Shown here piece by piece: positions 1 through 14,727 of a DNA stretch of 64,000 nt. The position numbers and the translations under genes are program-made. The DNA comes from the human T2T-CHM13v2.0 reference genome, Homo sapiens: the NCBI RefSeq assembly GCF_009914755.1, contig NC_060946.1. One strand, written 5' to 3'. Position 1 is the stretch's first letter. Every line of letters begins with the position of its first letter. Below the pieces are notes generated by a model, which was given only the letters and a program-made list of their open reading frames with translations, ran no database searches and had not been told where the DNA came from.

Positions 1-44
1 AAAGTAAAATAAAAAATAAAAAAAGAAAAAGAAAGAAAAGATGG

Positions 45-434
<390 letters not shown>

Positions 435-855
435 CTAGATGTCCAGCCAGGGCTGAGCACCCCTGTGTACAAGGCAGGAGTCGCCTTTCCTTCCTGTGAG
501 AGGCCACTCATTCCTACAGAGCCCAGCCCGCTCTGCACAAGGCACCCCAGGGCCATGGTGGGTCACGAGGTGGCTGCTTCCAGCTCAGACCCAAATCATA
601 CCTGGTGCGGGGGAGGACAGACATGCCTCTTACACACAGTAACACAGTAAACAATCTCACACTTATCTTCGAGGGTTACTGACACCCCTATTGTCATGTG
701 AGTTCCCCATTTTCATGTCGGTTGAATTGAGAACCCAAATATTTTCAAGGACCTCTCTAATAGGAGAACAGATTCCTTTAGCAAATATTGTTTGCTTAAG
801 TTTGCTTAAGTGAATAATGCTGCTTATAGTTATCTCCTTGTAGCAAAGGTAGATT

Positions 856-1158
856 GTTTTTGTTTTTTGGTTTTTGGTTTTTTTTTTAGAGACAGGGTCT
901 TGCTCTGTCGTCCGGGCTGGAATGCAGTGGCACAGTCATAGCTCACTGCAGCCTCCAACTGCTGGGCTCAAGTGATCTTCTCACCTCAGCCTCCCGAATA
1001 GTTGAGACTATAGGTGCTCGCCACCACATCTGGCTAATTTTTAAAATTTTTGTAGCTATGTTGCTGGGGCTGGTCTTGAACTCTTGGCCTGAAAGTGATC
1101 CTCCCACCTTGTCCTCCCAAAGCACTGTGATTACAGGCCTGAGTCACTGTGCTCAGCC
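856..1158 (-). mobile_element. Alu (AluJ-like)
   Basis: Poly-T followed by reverse Alu; J-type gggctcaagtgatc. Confidence 0.85.
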
Positions 1159-1395
1159 CTGTTTATTGATATATTCTACCAGAGAAACTAGAAACATTAT
1201 TTTTTGGTGTAGAGGTGTGCAATATTTTGATTTTGTGTGGGAGTGTTCTTAAACGTTTCTCATGATTATATTATTTTCTAAAGGAGATTGTAAAATAGAA
1301 TGAACCTTCAGATTGCTTTTTGTCTTTTTTAGCAATGGGAACCCAAAGTAAAATAACATCCTGGCTGTCTTATTGTTTAATATTTTTTTATTTAG

Positions 1396-1502
1396 GTGAT
1401 GGCGCACTTCCAAATGGGTTAGACGTTACCTTTGAAGTAACTGAATTGAGGAGATTAACGGGCAGTTATAACACCATGGTTGGGAACAATGAAGGCAGTA
1501 TG
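1396..1502 (+). CDS. SAMM50: SAMM50 coding exon (exon 5 by usual numbering), end of POTRA domain/start of barrel: (G)[35 protein letters not shown]
   Basis: tttag| acceptor and |gtatgc donor. Translation matches recalled Sam50 residues 108-143. 107 nt, in phase with the next exon. Upstream exons lie outside the window. Confidence 0.96.
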
Positions 1503-2031
1503 GTATGCTACAGGCTTTTTACTTTCTTATATTGGAACTTAGAGTTGGGAACTTTTACACTATGACTGCATTCTAAAAGCTGATGATAGTTTCAAAATTC
1601 GGTCATTTCATTTACCTTAATCTGTTGTTATTTGTGGTTTCTCTTTAATCACCGTAGAATTGGTGATAATATGTTTTGGGTTGTTTGATAACAATGTTAA
1701 CGTTAGTAATTAGGAATGATTTGGAGAATGTTCATATTAATAGTCTCTTGTTCAAATTCCTTTAAACTCTAAATCTGTAACATTCTTGAGCCTCACGGGT
1801 GGCAAGGTTAGCTTGTCCCTTGCATTAATCAGGTTTGAATGCAGGATGTGAGCACTCAGCAGCGGCATGTTTTAAAGAATGAAAGTGATTACAAATGAAA
1901 GACTAGATCTGTAGTTAGCATCTTCCTTCTGTTTTTATGAAAGTCCCTTAGCTAGCATAGTCTTTATCCAATCCAAAGTTCTCATTCCTTCAATGTAGAC
2001 CACTGCTATTTTTTTTTTTTTCCCCTCCTAG

Positions 2032-2162
2032 GTACTTGGCCTCAAGCTTCCTAATCTTCTTGGTCGTGCAGAAAAGGTGACCTTTCAGTTTTCCTATGGA
2101 ACAAAAGAAACTTCGTATGGCCTGTCCTTCTTCAAACCACGGCCCGGAAACTTCGAAAGAAA
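2032..2162 (+). CDS. SAMM50: SAMM50 exon 6: [43 protein letters not shown](N)
   Basis: Poly-T tract plus ctag| acceptor, |gtagga donor. 131 nt. Omp85-family NLLGRAE motif. Confidence 0.96.
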
Positions 2163-2396
2163 GTAGGAAGCCCAACAGATCATTGAGTACACTGGCCTGA
2201 TAGAAAAGTTAAAATAGGTGGCTTATTTGTGAAAAGAACCATGACAGAATCAGCTGCCACTTCTGCAGTGACCACATGCTGTAGATTTCCTCTTGAAGAT
2301 GAGCCCTACGGGCGTAGTGTTAAGTCTGTTGATTTAAATGTGTGCAAGTTCTAATCACTGTTTCAGCTTTTAAAGCTCTATCCCATTGTCTCCTAG

Positions 2397-2484
2397 TTTC
2401 TCTGTAAACTTATATAAAGTTACTGGACAGTTCCCTTGGAGCTCACTGCGGGAGACGGACAGAGGAATGTCAGCTGAGTACAGT
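2397..2484 (+). CDS. SAMM50: SAMM50 exon 7: [29 protein letters not shown]
   Basis: cctag| acceptor, |gtgagt donor. 88 nt, restores phase 0. Confidence 0.96.
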
Positions 2485-2765
2485 GTGAGTAGCATTTCAG
2501 TCCTTCCCTCTGGGCTTGGGGGAAAACAGGGTGGCTTTTTCACTGATTCCCAAAGGCAGCAAGAGGGCAGCGTGGAAAGCACAGGCCCTCTGCCCTCCGC
2601 ACCAGGTACTTCCTGGCCAGGTGCCTCTTCTCTAGCCGAGTACAGGCTACAGGGACCCGAGAGTGGCTGATGCCCATGTTAGCAGCTCCTTAACCTGGTC
2701 CTGACTACCTGAGGCACCATTGGTTGTCCCTCCCCATATGTGTGGAGACTGACAGTTTCTCATAG

Positions 2766-3074
<309 letters not shown>

Positions 3075-5214
3075 GGAAGGTTTCATTTTTGGTTCACACC
3101 TAAGTTTACACCTAGAAGGGTGTGATTAAATGCCACCATTGGAATTCGTATCATTTGGCCTTTTTGGGGCTTTATGATAACCTGCTTTTTTTTTTCTCCT
3201 TCCTTTCGCCACTGTTCCTGACTCCTCTTGTTCTGGGCTTTAGTTCTTGCGGAGAGCCCTGAGATAGAATACTATGTAAGAGTCGTTCCCCACATGTGGT
3301 CTTCAGACCAGCAGCATCGACCTCAGCTGTGGGCTTGTTAGAAATGCACATTCGCGGGCTCCACCTTGAGCTGCCAAGTCCGACTCACAGAGAGTGGGGC
3401 CCAGGAAGCTTTAAGTGTGCTCTCCCTCCAAGAACCCAGCAGAAGCCCTGGAGGCGACCACCTGGGCTTGACTCCCCCGTCTCCCTTAGGGCTGTGCGAC
3501 CTCAGGCAAATGACTCATCTGTGAAATGAAGGACAGGAGCGCGGGGTCTCCCAGGGCCGTTGTGAGGGTTGGATGAGAGGCGTGGTAAAGCTCCTGATGC
3601 GGCGCGTGGCGCAGTGCAGGTGCTTGAGGTGCGTTAGTGCCCCAGGCCTCTGGTCCTTGCAGACCAAGGCCATGAGAACTCAGAGCACACAGAGCTGGGC
3701 CAGGTAGACTCCAGGTTCAAGATGGAGATAGGAGAATCCAGGCACATTTGCACTTTCATTTCCTTTTCTCCAAATTTTCTTGTCTGGAAGGGAGCAGCCC
3801 TGAGACACCTTTCTGCTTTGAAACCGTCCTCGGATGCCCTCTGGTGGGGCCGTGGAGGGGAAACCTGGGCCACATGCTGCTCTCTCCAGCCTGCCGTCCT
3901 CCAGCAGGTCTCCAGGTGCCTGTGTGCACCCACAGTGGTCGGGCTCCCGGGAGCTTAGCCACCCTTCTCCCCAGTGTCATGCTTCATTTCTTTCTAAGCC
4001 TTTTTAAAGAGCAGATTTTTAGGAGAGTAGAAATACCTTATTTTTTCACAAGGAATAGCAGAGATGAAAGACACCAAAGTGTAGACTCGGCCCTCGGGTG
4101 GGTGCAGGTAGAGGGGAGGAGGAAAGGGGAGGGCAGACACCTTGTCGCCGGCAGCCCTGAAGCTGAGCTCCTAGAGGAACGGACCAGATCATACTCAGTG
4201 GTATCCTTGGGGCCCATGTCAGGCCTTCTAAGGAATGAAGAAATGATTTAGGAAGCTCTACACCTCCCGTAGGAATTTGGGAAAGTGCCTGAATCCCAGG
4301 TGGCCCTAAGTGTAGAGATGGTGGCTGTGCAGGCTGCCCCTCCTGTACCATCTCCCCAGTGCCTGGCATGGTGCCCTGTGGGTGCTGAGGTGGGTGCCTC
4401 TCACCATGAAGGCGGGATGGAGTGTTCTGGGCCTGCTGGTGACCCACTTACCCCATGGCCTGGAGTTCAATTGCAAGCCTGAGGGCTAGAGAGGGCCCAG
4501 CATGGGACACCCCCTGGGGAGTGTGGGGTGACGTGGCTTCCTTGTGAGAGTTAAATCACTGTCCTACCACTTCTCAAAGCCACCAAACATCATTCACTGT
4601 TCAGAAAACATTTCTCTGAGATAGAAATCTAAGATGAGCTGTCCTGGCAGCAGGAAAGAGAGCGTCAGGCTGGGAAGCAGGTGCCGCCTGCTTGGACCCC
4701 AGAATTCACCCGGCTCAGGCCTCTGCTGCAGGAAGGATCCCTCGCCTCCCACATAACTCTCGTCTCTGCCACCTTCTCTCTGGGCCGGTGCAAGTCGCTG
4801 GGTTGCCAGGCCTGGCTTCAGACAGGGTCGGGTGGACCAGGTGGGGTTTGCGCCATCAGATCATCTTAGGTGTCTTACCCATTACAAAGAAGTGGGAAAG
4901 AGATAGCACCTGTCGATGATAGAGCTGCCTGCAGCCCTCAGACCAGCCCTGTCCCTCACCTGGGGTGCAGTCCTGCTACTTAGAGCAGTACTGCCTTTGA
5001 TTCCGTTCACAGCTTTCCCCCTTTCTTCCTTTGTCCTTCTTCCCTCTGGTTTTCTCTTCCCCTTCTTCTCTTCTTCCCCTTCTCCCTCTCTCTCATCATT
5101 AAAAAAAATTAGATATTTAGTTCATTGTTTCATGATGCTTCATTCCAAAAAATGATTTGCAACAAGTTCCTAAGTATGTGTGGTCCGGAAAGATGTCTGA
5201 TCTCCATGTTGCAG

Positions 5215-5343
5215 TTTCCCATATGGAAGACCAGCCACACTGTCAAGTGGGAAGGCGTATGGCGAGAACTGGGCTGCCTCTCAAGGACGGCGTCATTTGC
5301 TGTTCGAAAAGAAAGCGGACATTCACTGAAATCATCTCTTTCG
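5215..5343 (+). CDS. SAMM50: SAMM50 exon 8: [43 protein letters not shown]
   Basis: gcag| acceptor, |gtaaca donor. 129 nt, inside ORF 5125..5373. Confidence 0.96.
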
Positions 5344-5909
5344 GTAACAGTTTCTCTTAGTTGGAGTAAATAATTTTGTTGATGGAACCATGCTATGCAT
5401 TGGGAAAACAGTCTTTGCCAATATCAGGGCTGACTGAGAAGCGTCACCCAGATGGGGTGTCCACAGTGGTGGCCCCCACTCCCCGAGGGCTTGTGGTGTC
5501 CTGCCTCGCGTGGTCCTTTCCGAATAATGTCAGTGGTAACAGGAAGAGGTGTGCTTCAGAGCTGACTGTGGAATTTCAGCTTTCAAAAAGAAGGAGGAAC
5601 CAGGCTGAGCTGACTGAGGCCAGGGCGTCGAGCTCCTTGAGAGAACGAACCCGGTGGTGGGTGTTCAACTCCCACGTAGTGAGCAGGAATCGTTTATTCA
5701 GTTGAAGCTCAAGTCTCAGTGTGGACGTCTCAGTGTCCTCCTATGTAAGATAGGGACAGTCACCCTCACTTCCTCCAAGGGCTCTGTGAACACGAAATGA
5801 CATGATAGTTGTAGAGTGCTAGCGTGGTGTGGCCCACGTGCTGTGAGTGCTCATGGTTATCTAATAGAACTTCTTAAAGTGAAAATATCCCCATTCAAAT
5901 TTCTTTCAG

Positions 5910-5981
5910 CATGCCATGGTCATCGATTCTCGGAATTCTTCCATCTTACCAAGGAGAGGTGCTTTGCTGAAAGTTAACCAG
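5910..5981 (+). CDS. SAMM50: SAMM50 exon 9: [24 protein letters not shown]
   Basis: tttcag| acceptor, |gtagtg donor. 72 nt. Omp85 D-S-R...P-x-x-G motif. Confidence 0.96.
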
Positions 5982-7031
5982 GTAGTGTTGTTTCACCTGT
6001 GACCCCTGCAGGGTGAGGGGAGCCAAACTTTGGACAGTAGATAAAGTCCCGGTGGGCTGGGTGGGCCTGGGGGTGGGCAGTCCCACAGAGTAATCGCACA
6101 TGCAGTATCGCTTTTGAAGGTCGCCAGCTCCACTCTCAGGGCTTCCAGCCCGGAAATTGCTCCCTACCCCCTGCAGTTCAGTCTTGTGCCTTCACAGAAC
6201 CCAAGGTGGGGGTAAGGCTGTGGCATCCTTGATGAGGGCCTGTAATAGGCCAGGAGGAGGGCTGTGACTTGGTGTTACCTGGGAGAGAGTGTCCGAAGGC
6301 AGGGGTCACCCCTCAATGGCTGCAGGGCAGGTGCATCGTGGCAGCAGGAGGTGCTGGAGGAAGGTCTTCACCACCTTAGAGGAGCGTGCTTCTCTGCTGG
6401 TGTTGGAGGCGGGCTGTTAGTCTGTCTTTGGGTTGCCCTCTTGTTGGAGGCAGGGGGATAGTTCTTTACTGTAAGGTACCTACAAGGTGCAGGCACAGTG
6501 AGGAGCCCACCTTGGTGGCTTGAGAGTGAGGGCAGCAGGGGCTGCACTGAACCTTGAGGCTTCCCCGAGCAGCTACCCTCGCTCTGGCCGGTGGTACTTA
6601 GGTGTTGTCAAGCAGGGCAAAAGCCCGGGGGTGCCTGACCTTCAGTGTCAGAGGAGCAATTAGAAATCAGGTTTTTATACAAAATAGCCCACATTGTGAA
6701 AGGTCAGCTGAGTTTTTCCCCAAATGCCGATGAAGCCAACGAGCCAAGCCGTCTGTGCTGAGCTCTGTGTTCAGACACTCAGGCTGCCAGTGCTCCCTGC
6801 ACACAGCCAGAGGGCAGCCTCTGCACCTCTTGGATCTGCTGATCCTCCATCCCAGTCCGTCCACTGTTGCTGTCCGCAACAATTAGGATGTGGCTTCTAG
6901 GAGACAGAATTTTCTGTAGCCTTTAAAAAAATACAAAACGGCAAAATTAAATCCTGATGCAAAAACATGATTCTGTAGCCCCTGTAATAAGTCTGTTTGC
7001 TCCCTTTGACCTGAGTGCTCCTTCCCTGCAG

Positions 7032-7118
7032 GAACTGGCAGGCTACACTGGCGGGGATGTGAGCTTCATCAAAGAAGATTTTGAACTTCAGTTGAACAAG
7101 CAACTCATATTTGATTCA
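7032..7118 (+). CDS. SAMM50: SAMM50 exon 10: [29 protein letters not shown]
   Basis: ctgcag| acceptor, |gtgagt donor. 87 nt. Confidence 0.96.
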
Positions 7119-7321
7119 GTGAGTATCTAACGGATGCTGGCACCTGCACTGTCAGCCCTTACTTTGGGGATCTTACCACAGAATCTTAGCTCCTGAATAT
7201 CTAAAGCACAGAGTGGAAGCCTGGGCGGTAATGCTTAACCTTTGATGTTTCCAGTTTAGCCAGATTTGCAGGTAGTCTGGGGAGAAGCCATAAATATTTT
7301 CTTTTAAAAGTAACCTCTGAT

Positions 7322-7669
<348 letters not shown>

Positions 7670-8299
7670 TTATCATCTCAGGGCCTTGGAGGAGGGGTGG
7701 CTGGAGGACAGAGGGGTGTCTCCTGCCCTTGAAATGCTGTTCCGTGGACCTTCTGAGTCTTCACTTTGCTGGGTCTACAGGGCTCTGGGTGCTTTCAGAA
7801 ATTTTTTTTTTTTTTTAATCTTTAGTCCTGTTGGGTCAGTTTCTCCTGATTCACTCAGGAGTGAGGAGTAAGTGACTGGATTCTGGTCTCGCCAGAGGAG
7901 CCCCAGGCTGGGAGGGCACCTGGCATATTTCTCACGTCTTCCCAGCACCCAGTGGCTGGGGGCAGCTCTGCCCTGCCTTTGCTGCCTAGGTCCTTATCTA
8001 CCTTAAAACCTGGGGGCAAGGATTGAGTGTAATGAAATGGTGCATGCGACTGTTTCTAGAGAGCTCATTTTAAAATAATTTGTTACTGCCCCTATTCAGC
8101 CCTTGACTCTGCACTTTGAACTTGGTTCCTGCCTTCCTCTGCCCCTGCCACCACAGGCCTCCTTGTTGTCCGGCACGTGAGCCCATCCTGATCCCTTCTG
8201 CAGCACTGGATGTTGTCGCCTGCTCGCCTGTTCTCACTTTATCTCTCTTGTTTTCTTGACTCATCATTGCTGCGCTCTTCCACTCCTCAGTTTTCTCTT

Positions 8300-9200
8300 C
8301 TCAGGGCCCTTTCTGCCTCATAGGCATGGCTTGCCCCTAGATCTCTGTTGCCATCTCCCCACCCTGCTTCTCTCTGGGACAGTCTCCTACAGCCCTGTGG
8401 CTGCAGCTGCTGCCTGTGTGTAGCAACTCTGGTTCTCCTGCCTCCTTCCTGGGCCCAGATTCAAGTGCTCCTGGCTGTCTCAGCCCCTACCTTACAGACA
8501 CCTCATATCAACAGAGCTCATTGCCTTCTCCCCAAATCTGTACCCACGCCTGGGCTCCCAATCCACTGACCTGCACAGTGCACCCGGCTGCCCTTGAACT
8601 TAACTCCCTGGCTGCTCTCAGTCCTCCCCTCAGCCACCTGCCACCCACTGGGCGCTGCCCTTCCTCCTCTCAGCACTGCTCATCCGCACTGAACCAATGT
8701 CGCGTTCTGAGTCGTCTCTGCTCCTCTCCTACTCCCTGCCTTCCCCTTCCCCCCTCTACACTATGGACATATTAGTCTTTTTGAGTCGTCTCTACTCCCC
8801 TTCCACTCCCTGCCTTCCCCTTCCCCTTCTCCACACTGCAGATGTGTTAGTGTTTCTGAAACACAAGCCTTACCATATCACTTTCCTACACAAACTGCTT
8901 GTGCTGTTAGGGTGCCTGTAGCCCTTGATCCTTCATCACTGTGCCTGTCTCATGCTTCGGCTCTGTGGAAATACTTTTTGTTTCCCAGAAGGCATTGGCT
9001 CACCCTGACTTTCAGGCACTCGTATTTACTCTGTCTGCCGCTGGCTGTAACTCCCTTTTTTTCAGTTGTTTCCTTGGCCTCCCACTCCCTGCCTTTAAGA
9101 CTTTGGTATAGGTGTGTCTCCTGCAAGCCTTCTTCAACCTCCTAGATGGAAGTGGGGGCTCCTCCACTGTGCCCGTAGCTCCTGTGCTTATCCTGTGGTA
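8300..9200 (+). mobile_element. Degraded L2 LINE remnant
   Basis: Pyrimidine-rich sequence resembling the L2 3' region. Recognised by eye only. Confidence 0.45.
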
Positions 9201-9204
9201 GTGC

Positions 9205-9368
9205 CCATCCATCTACCCACCCATTTACCCATCCATCCATCCATCCGTCCGTCCGTCCATCCACCCATCCACCCATCCACCCACCCACCTACCCACCCAC
9301 ACATCCATCCATCCATCCATCCATCCATCCATCCATCCACTCATCCATCCATCCATCCATCCACTCAT

Positions 9369-9403
<35 letters not shown>

Positions 9404-9990
9404 CCCACCCACACACACACCTATCCATCCATCCACCCATCCACCCATCCACCCATCCACCCACCCATCCATCCATCCATCCGTCCGTCCATCCATCCAC
9501 CCATCCACCCATCCACCCATCCATCCATCCGTCCATCCATCCACCCATCCACCCATCCACCCATCCACCCACCCACCTACCCACCCACACACCCATCCAT
9601 CCATCCATCCATCCATCCATCCATCCACTCATCCATCCATCCATCCATCCATCCACTCATCCATCCATCCATCCGTCCATCCACCCACCCACACACACAC
9701 CTATCCATCCATCCACCCATCAACCCATCCACCCATCCATCCATCCATCCATCCATCCATCCATCCATCCATTCATTCATCCATCCATCCATCCATCTAC
9801 CCATCCACCCACCCACCCACACACCTATCCATCCATCCATCCATCCATCCATCCATCCATCCATCCATCCACCCACCCACCCACCCACCCATCCATCCAT
9901 CCATCCACCCACCCACCCACCCACCCATCCATCCATCCATCCATCCATCCATCCATTCACCCACCCACCCACCCACCCATCCATCCACCA
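9205..9990. repeat. Compound (CCAT)n/(CCAC)n tetranucleotide repeat, about 780 bp
   Basis: Directly visible. It is the source of the spurious HPSI/MDGW ORFs. Confidence 0.98.
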
Positions 9991-10440
9991 GTCTAACACA
10001 TGTATGCTGGCTGCCAGGCACTGTCCAGGCACTAAGAATATATCAGTGAACAAAGCCCAATTCCTGCTCTCAAGGAACTTCCATTCTTGAGGAGGGAAAC
10101 CTATAAGCTAGTATCTTTATATATCATTGAGGAGGCGGTGACAAGTGTTGTGAAGAAAAATAAAGCAGAATTAAGGGGTAGAAAGTGACCAGAAGGGGAT
10201 GCCATCTAGTTAGGATGGTCAGGGAGGGTGGCTAGTAAGGCAACCCCTGAGCACAGCCCAGAGCACGGTGAGGGAGCAAGGGTAGGACAGCGGGACACCT
10301 CGGGCGGGAGCATGAATTCCAAGAGCAGTAGTGGCAGGAGGGCCTTGGAGGCCGGATGTGGGCTCTTGCTTCCACTCTACATGAGAGGGAAGCCCTGGAG
10401 CCTTCTGAGCAGAGTCCGGACACCTGGCTGAGAAGAAAAT
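9990..10440 (-). mobile_element. L2 LINE 3' end, antisense
   Basis: tgccaggcactgtccaggcactaagaatatatcagtgaacaaa...ctgctctcaaggaactt resembles the reverse-complement L2 terminus. Confidence 0.6.
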
Positions 10441-11183
10441 GCCAGCTGCTGTGGGGACAGAAGCTTGTCCTTCCTACAGAAGCTTCTGAGAAAGCCATTT
10501 CTGAGCAGCTTGGAGGGACATAGGCATTTGCAAGGCAGAGAACGTGTGAGGCTCGGCCAGCCGCCCGAAAACATGGGGTGCAGGGGAGCAGGAGAGCCTC
10601 TACCTGGTTGAGGACATTGTTGAGAAGGTTTTGTGGCATGAAGATGGGCTCACTGAGCCAAGACTGGCTACTGCCTCCTGCCCTGTAAGAGACAAGGCTC
10701 TGTCCTTGAGAGTGGGGTTGGGAGTGCGTCTCTGCATTGGGGGAGCCTTGCAGCCGGTACCTTCTTTCAGCCTAAAATGCGTGTGCCCTGAATCCTTCCA
10801 CATTTTGAGGCCGCGGCAAAGAGGCCTGAGCAGGTGCAGGGGGCCTGGCTCCCTCCTCTGTGAGGCCTTGGCTCCTGCTGCTGGGCGTCACTTCCCGTTG
10901 CAGAGCAGGGGCCTGCCCTGTGTCCGAATGGAAGCCGGGCCCTGCTCGCCTTCGGTGTGTCTTGATTTGGACTTTGGAATTGCGTGTTTTAATAGAATCC
11001 ACGTGGCCCTTCGAAGGGTAGCTCTGCAACGGGACAAGCCAGGCATTCTCCTGCGGCCCTTGCACCCCATCGCGGAGCTCTGCACGCCACGGGCATTCAG
11101 TGTGTGGCCAGTTGCTAGTTGCTGATGTTCCTGGAGTGAAAGGAATGCTGGGAGAAAACAACCATTTGTTTCTATTTGAACAG

Positions 11184-11254
11184 GTTTTTTCAGCGTCTTT
11201 CTGGGGCGGAATGTTGGTACCCATTGGTGATAAGCCGTCAAGCATTGCTGATAG
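11184..11254 (+). CDS. SAMM50: SAMM50 exon 11: [23 protein letters not shown](R)
   Basis: aacag| acceptor, |gtaagt donor. 71 nt. Confidence 0.96.
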
Positions 11255-12393
11255 GTAAGTACTAATCAATGAATGGATAATTTGCACATATTTTCCTTTG
11301 GATCTTTTCAGTTGTTTTTTATAAGATATTTTAGAGAAGTTTATTTAGGAGAGCGTAGTATTTCAAATATTCCTTTAGTATTTATGTTTAAGCTAATTTC
11401 TAAATATCGGGTATACCTCACACTTAATATTTTTTGCTTTTGTTGGGGAAGTTACTTTATTATATTTAAAATGTATTGTTCCCTTTTGATTATGAAGGAA
11501 TATAGTTCATACTCATTGCAGAAATGCAAAAATGGAGAAACACTTAAAGAAATTAGAGAAAGCACTCACTAAGTCATGAGAAATTCTTTATAAGCAGCAT
11601 TGTAGTGGCATATGTTTCATTATTTGCATATACCATAACTTTTTAGCCTACCGTGTATTTTTTGATATTTCATTGGTTTCTAATTTGTGATTTTTGTAAA
11701 TAACATTGTAAATAATAACTTTTAAGATAACTTGTTGTTTATTTTATTTTCTGTGGTATTACTCTCTCAAAGTAAAACTCATAGTATTGCTGGGTGCTGC
11801 TTTTAGGAAGCTTACAGCAATTTATACCCCTACCAGCAGGGTATGAACTTGTACTTGTTGCTTCGAAATACTAATCATTGTCCTCTAGGGCAAAAAAACT
11901 TTTTTTTCAACTCTGCATTAGTTAAAATATACTGGTACAGCTTTTTTGGATGGTGGTTTGGAAGTAGAACAATTTTAGGTTTATAAACTCTGGATCCTAA
12001 CAGTTTCACAAAACTCCATGAATCTAATTTACAAAAGTACTTTTCTAAGTGTGTAAAGATTTATGTGTAGAAGGATGTCCATTGTAGCATTGCTGATGAA
12101 TAGCAAAGAATTTGAAACTGCCTTATGTAAGTTCCGCAGTAGGGAAATGGTGAAATTCTAGCACAACCATTCCAGATCTATGTAATTATTAAAAATAAGG
12201 AGATATGTGTTCATAAGTTAACATTTTGCACATGAATATGTTTAGTGGATCCCTTTCCAGCGTGCATGCAGGTGTAGCACCGAGGGCCTGGGAAGCCAGC
12301 CACCAAAACAGTGACGGTGGGCACCCCAGAGCCTGGGATGCAGCAGGCAGAACCATTTCACTCGTTATGTTATATGCATCCTGGATCATTTGA

Positions 12394-12728
<335 letters not shown>

Positions 12729-13725
12729 TGATTGATCATTTCTTTAAAAACGAAGCTTGCTGTTTTTGCAATTCATGTTAATGGGGTATTCAGAAAAGCC
12801 TTGCTTAGAAATCCCAAGTAGTAAAAACATATTTATAGGTTTTAAAACTCAAATTAAAATGAAAAAATTCATAAAGGCTTTTATTTGGTAGGAAAACCAG
12901 AAAAAGCCGCGCCCTGTTCCCTTTGTGCTGTTGCAGACCTGCAGGGTGTTCTTAGCCTCCCGCGGCCTCAAAGGTCAGAGGGCTCTGAGGGCACCTGCCG
13001 GGGTTGTGTCCTTGGCTGCCTCTTGGCTGGAAAGATTACACAGAATTTCTCTTGTCATTTAAATTCATTTTTTAGTAATTATCATAATCTAAAATCGGGT
13101 TCTAATATGCTGTTCAATTTTTCAGAAAGTGGATGGGTTTTTATGTAATTAATTTTTAATTCACGCTTTTCATATTATTCAGATATGGTTGGTGAGAGTG
13201 TGACAATCCAGTTCATTAGGGAACAAGAGGAGCTCATATTTAAAAATTATAAACCTAACAAGAATTCTTTTTTGGTCTGTTTCTAGTATTATAGCCCCCC
13301 TTTTTGTAATATTGGGATTATACTATTAAATAATTTGTATCCTGCTCTTCTTCCCCTAATATCGCACTGTGAGCCAGTAGGAGGCCCGCCATGAAAAGGA
13401 ACTGCGTCATGAATTCTCACAGACAGCTGATAGTTCCTTTGTGACAGACAGTTTGCCCTGCCCCTCTCTCCTAGTGTCTTTCTTGGCATCTTGTGTCTCA
13501 CCTGCATCTCCAAAGTTTGCAGTGTCTCCTTAGATGTTGAGATTTTTATGAAATTCCCCTGTAGTGTGCACCCTCTTGGTCTTTCTCAAAGGTTTTGCCT
13601 TGTAAAAATGCTGTCGATAATCTAGTATCGAATGTGAGTCTGACATGTGTTTACTACGCGTTCCGTGTGTCATGTCGTTTCTCACCTCCTGACTTTCCTC
13701 TGACCTGTGTGCTGTTTTGTCCTAG

Positions 13726-13793
13726 GTTTTACCTCGGGGGACCCACAAGCGTCCGCGGATTCAGCATGCACAGCATCGGGCCACAGAGCGAAG
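13726..13793 (+). CDS. SAMM50: SAMM50 exon 12: [22 protein letters not shown](G), containing the Omp85 loop-6 (I/V)RGF motif
   Basis: cctag| acceptor, |gtctgt donor. 68 nt. The (I/V)RG(F/Y) motif is the Omp85/BamA hallmark. Confidence 0.96.
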
Positions 13794-14077
13794 GTCTGTC
13801 CTTTCCCCTCACGGCGCCAAGTCTAGAAGGCTCGCGTCTCACTTTGGAAACCATGTACCTGTTATTAGCTTACAGCGATAATAGACATTCCTCTTTCACG
13901 GTGGTGGAATTAGCACCTAACGCAGAACTTACCATGTAGCAGGTGTAGAACATTTATTGAGAGAATTGTAGGAAAATGAGAAAATATATCTGAGCAAAAA
14001 CTCTGTGAAAATGACCCGCAGTCCTACCCAGAGAGAACATGTGTAAACGTGTTGTTGTCTGTTCCCTGCAGGTTTGA

Positions 14078-14727
<650 letters not shown>

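Noticed and set aside
9205-9990. Repeat array considered as CRISPR-like or another repeat-spacer system
   Set aside because: No constant repeat with unique spacers and no cas-like genes; the DNA is clearly primate.
9114-10053. 311-aa HPSI-repeat ORF and antisense MDGW-repeat ORFs
   Set aside because: They are translations of the (CCAT)n microsatellite, which lacks stop codons by composition. No splice or promoter context supports them.
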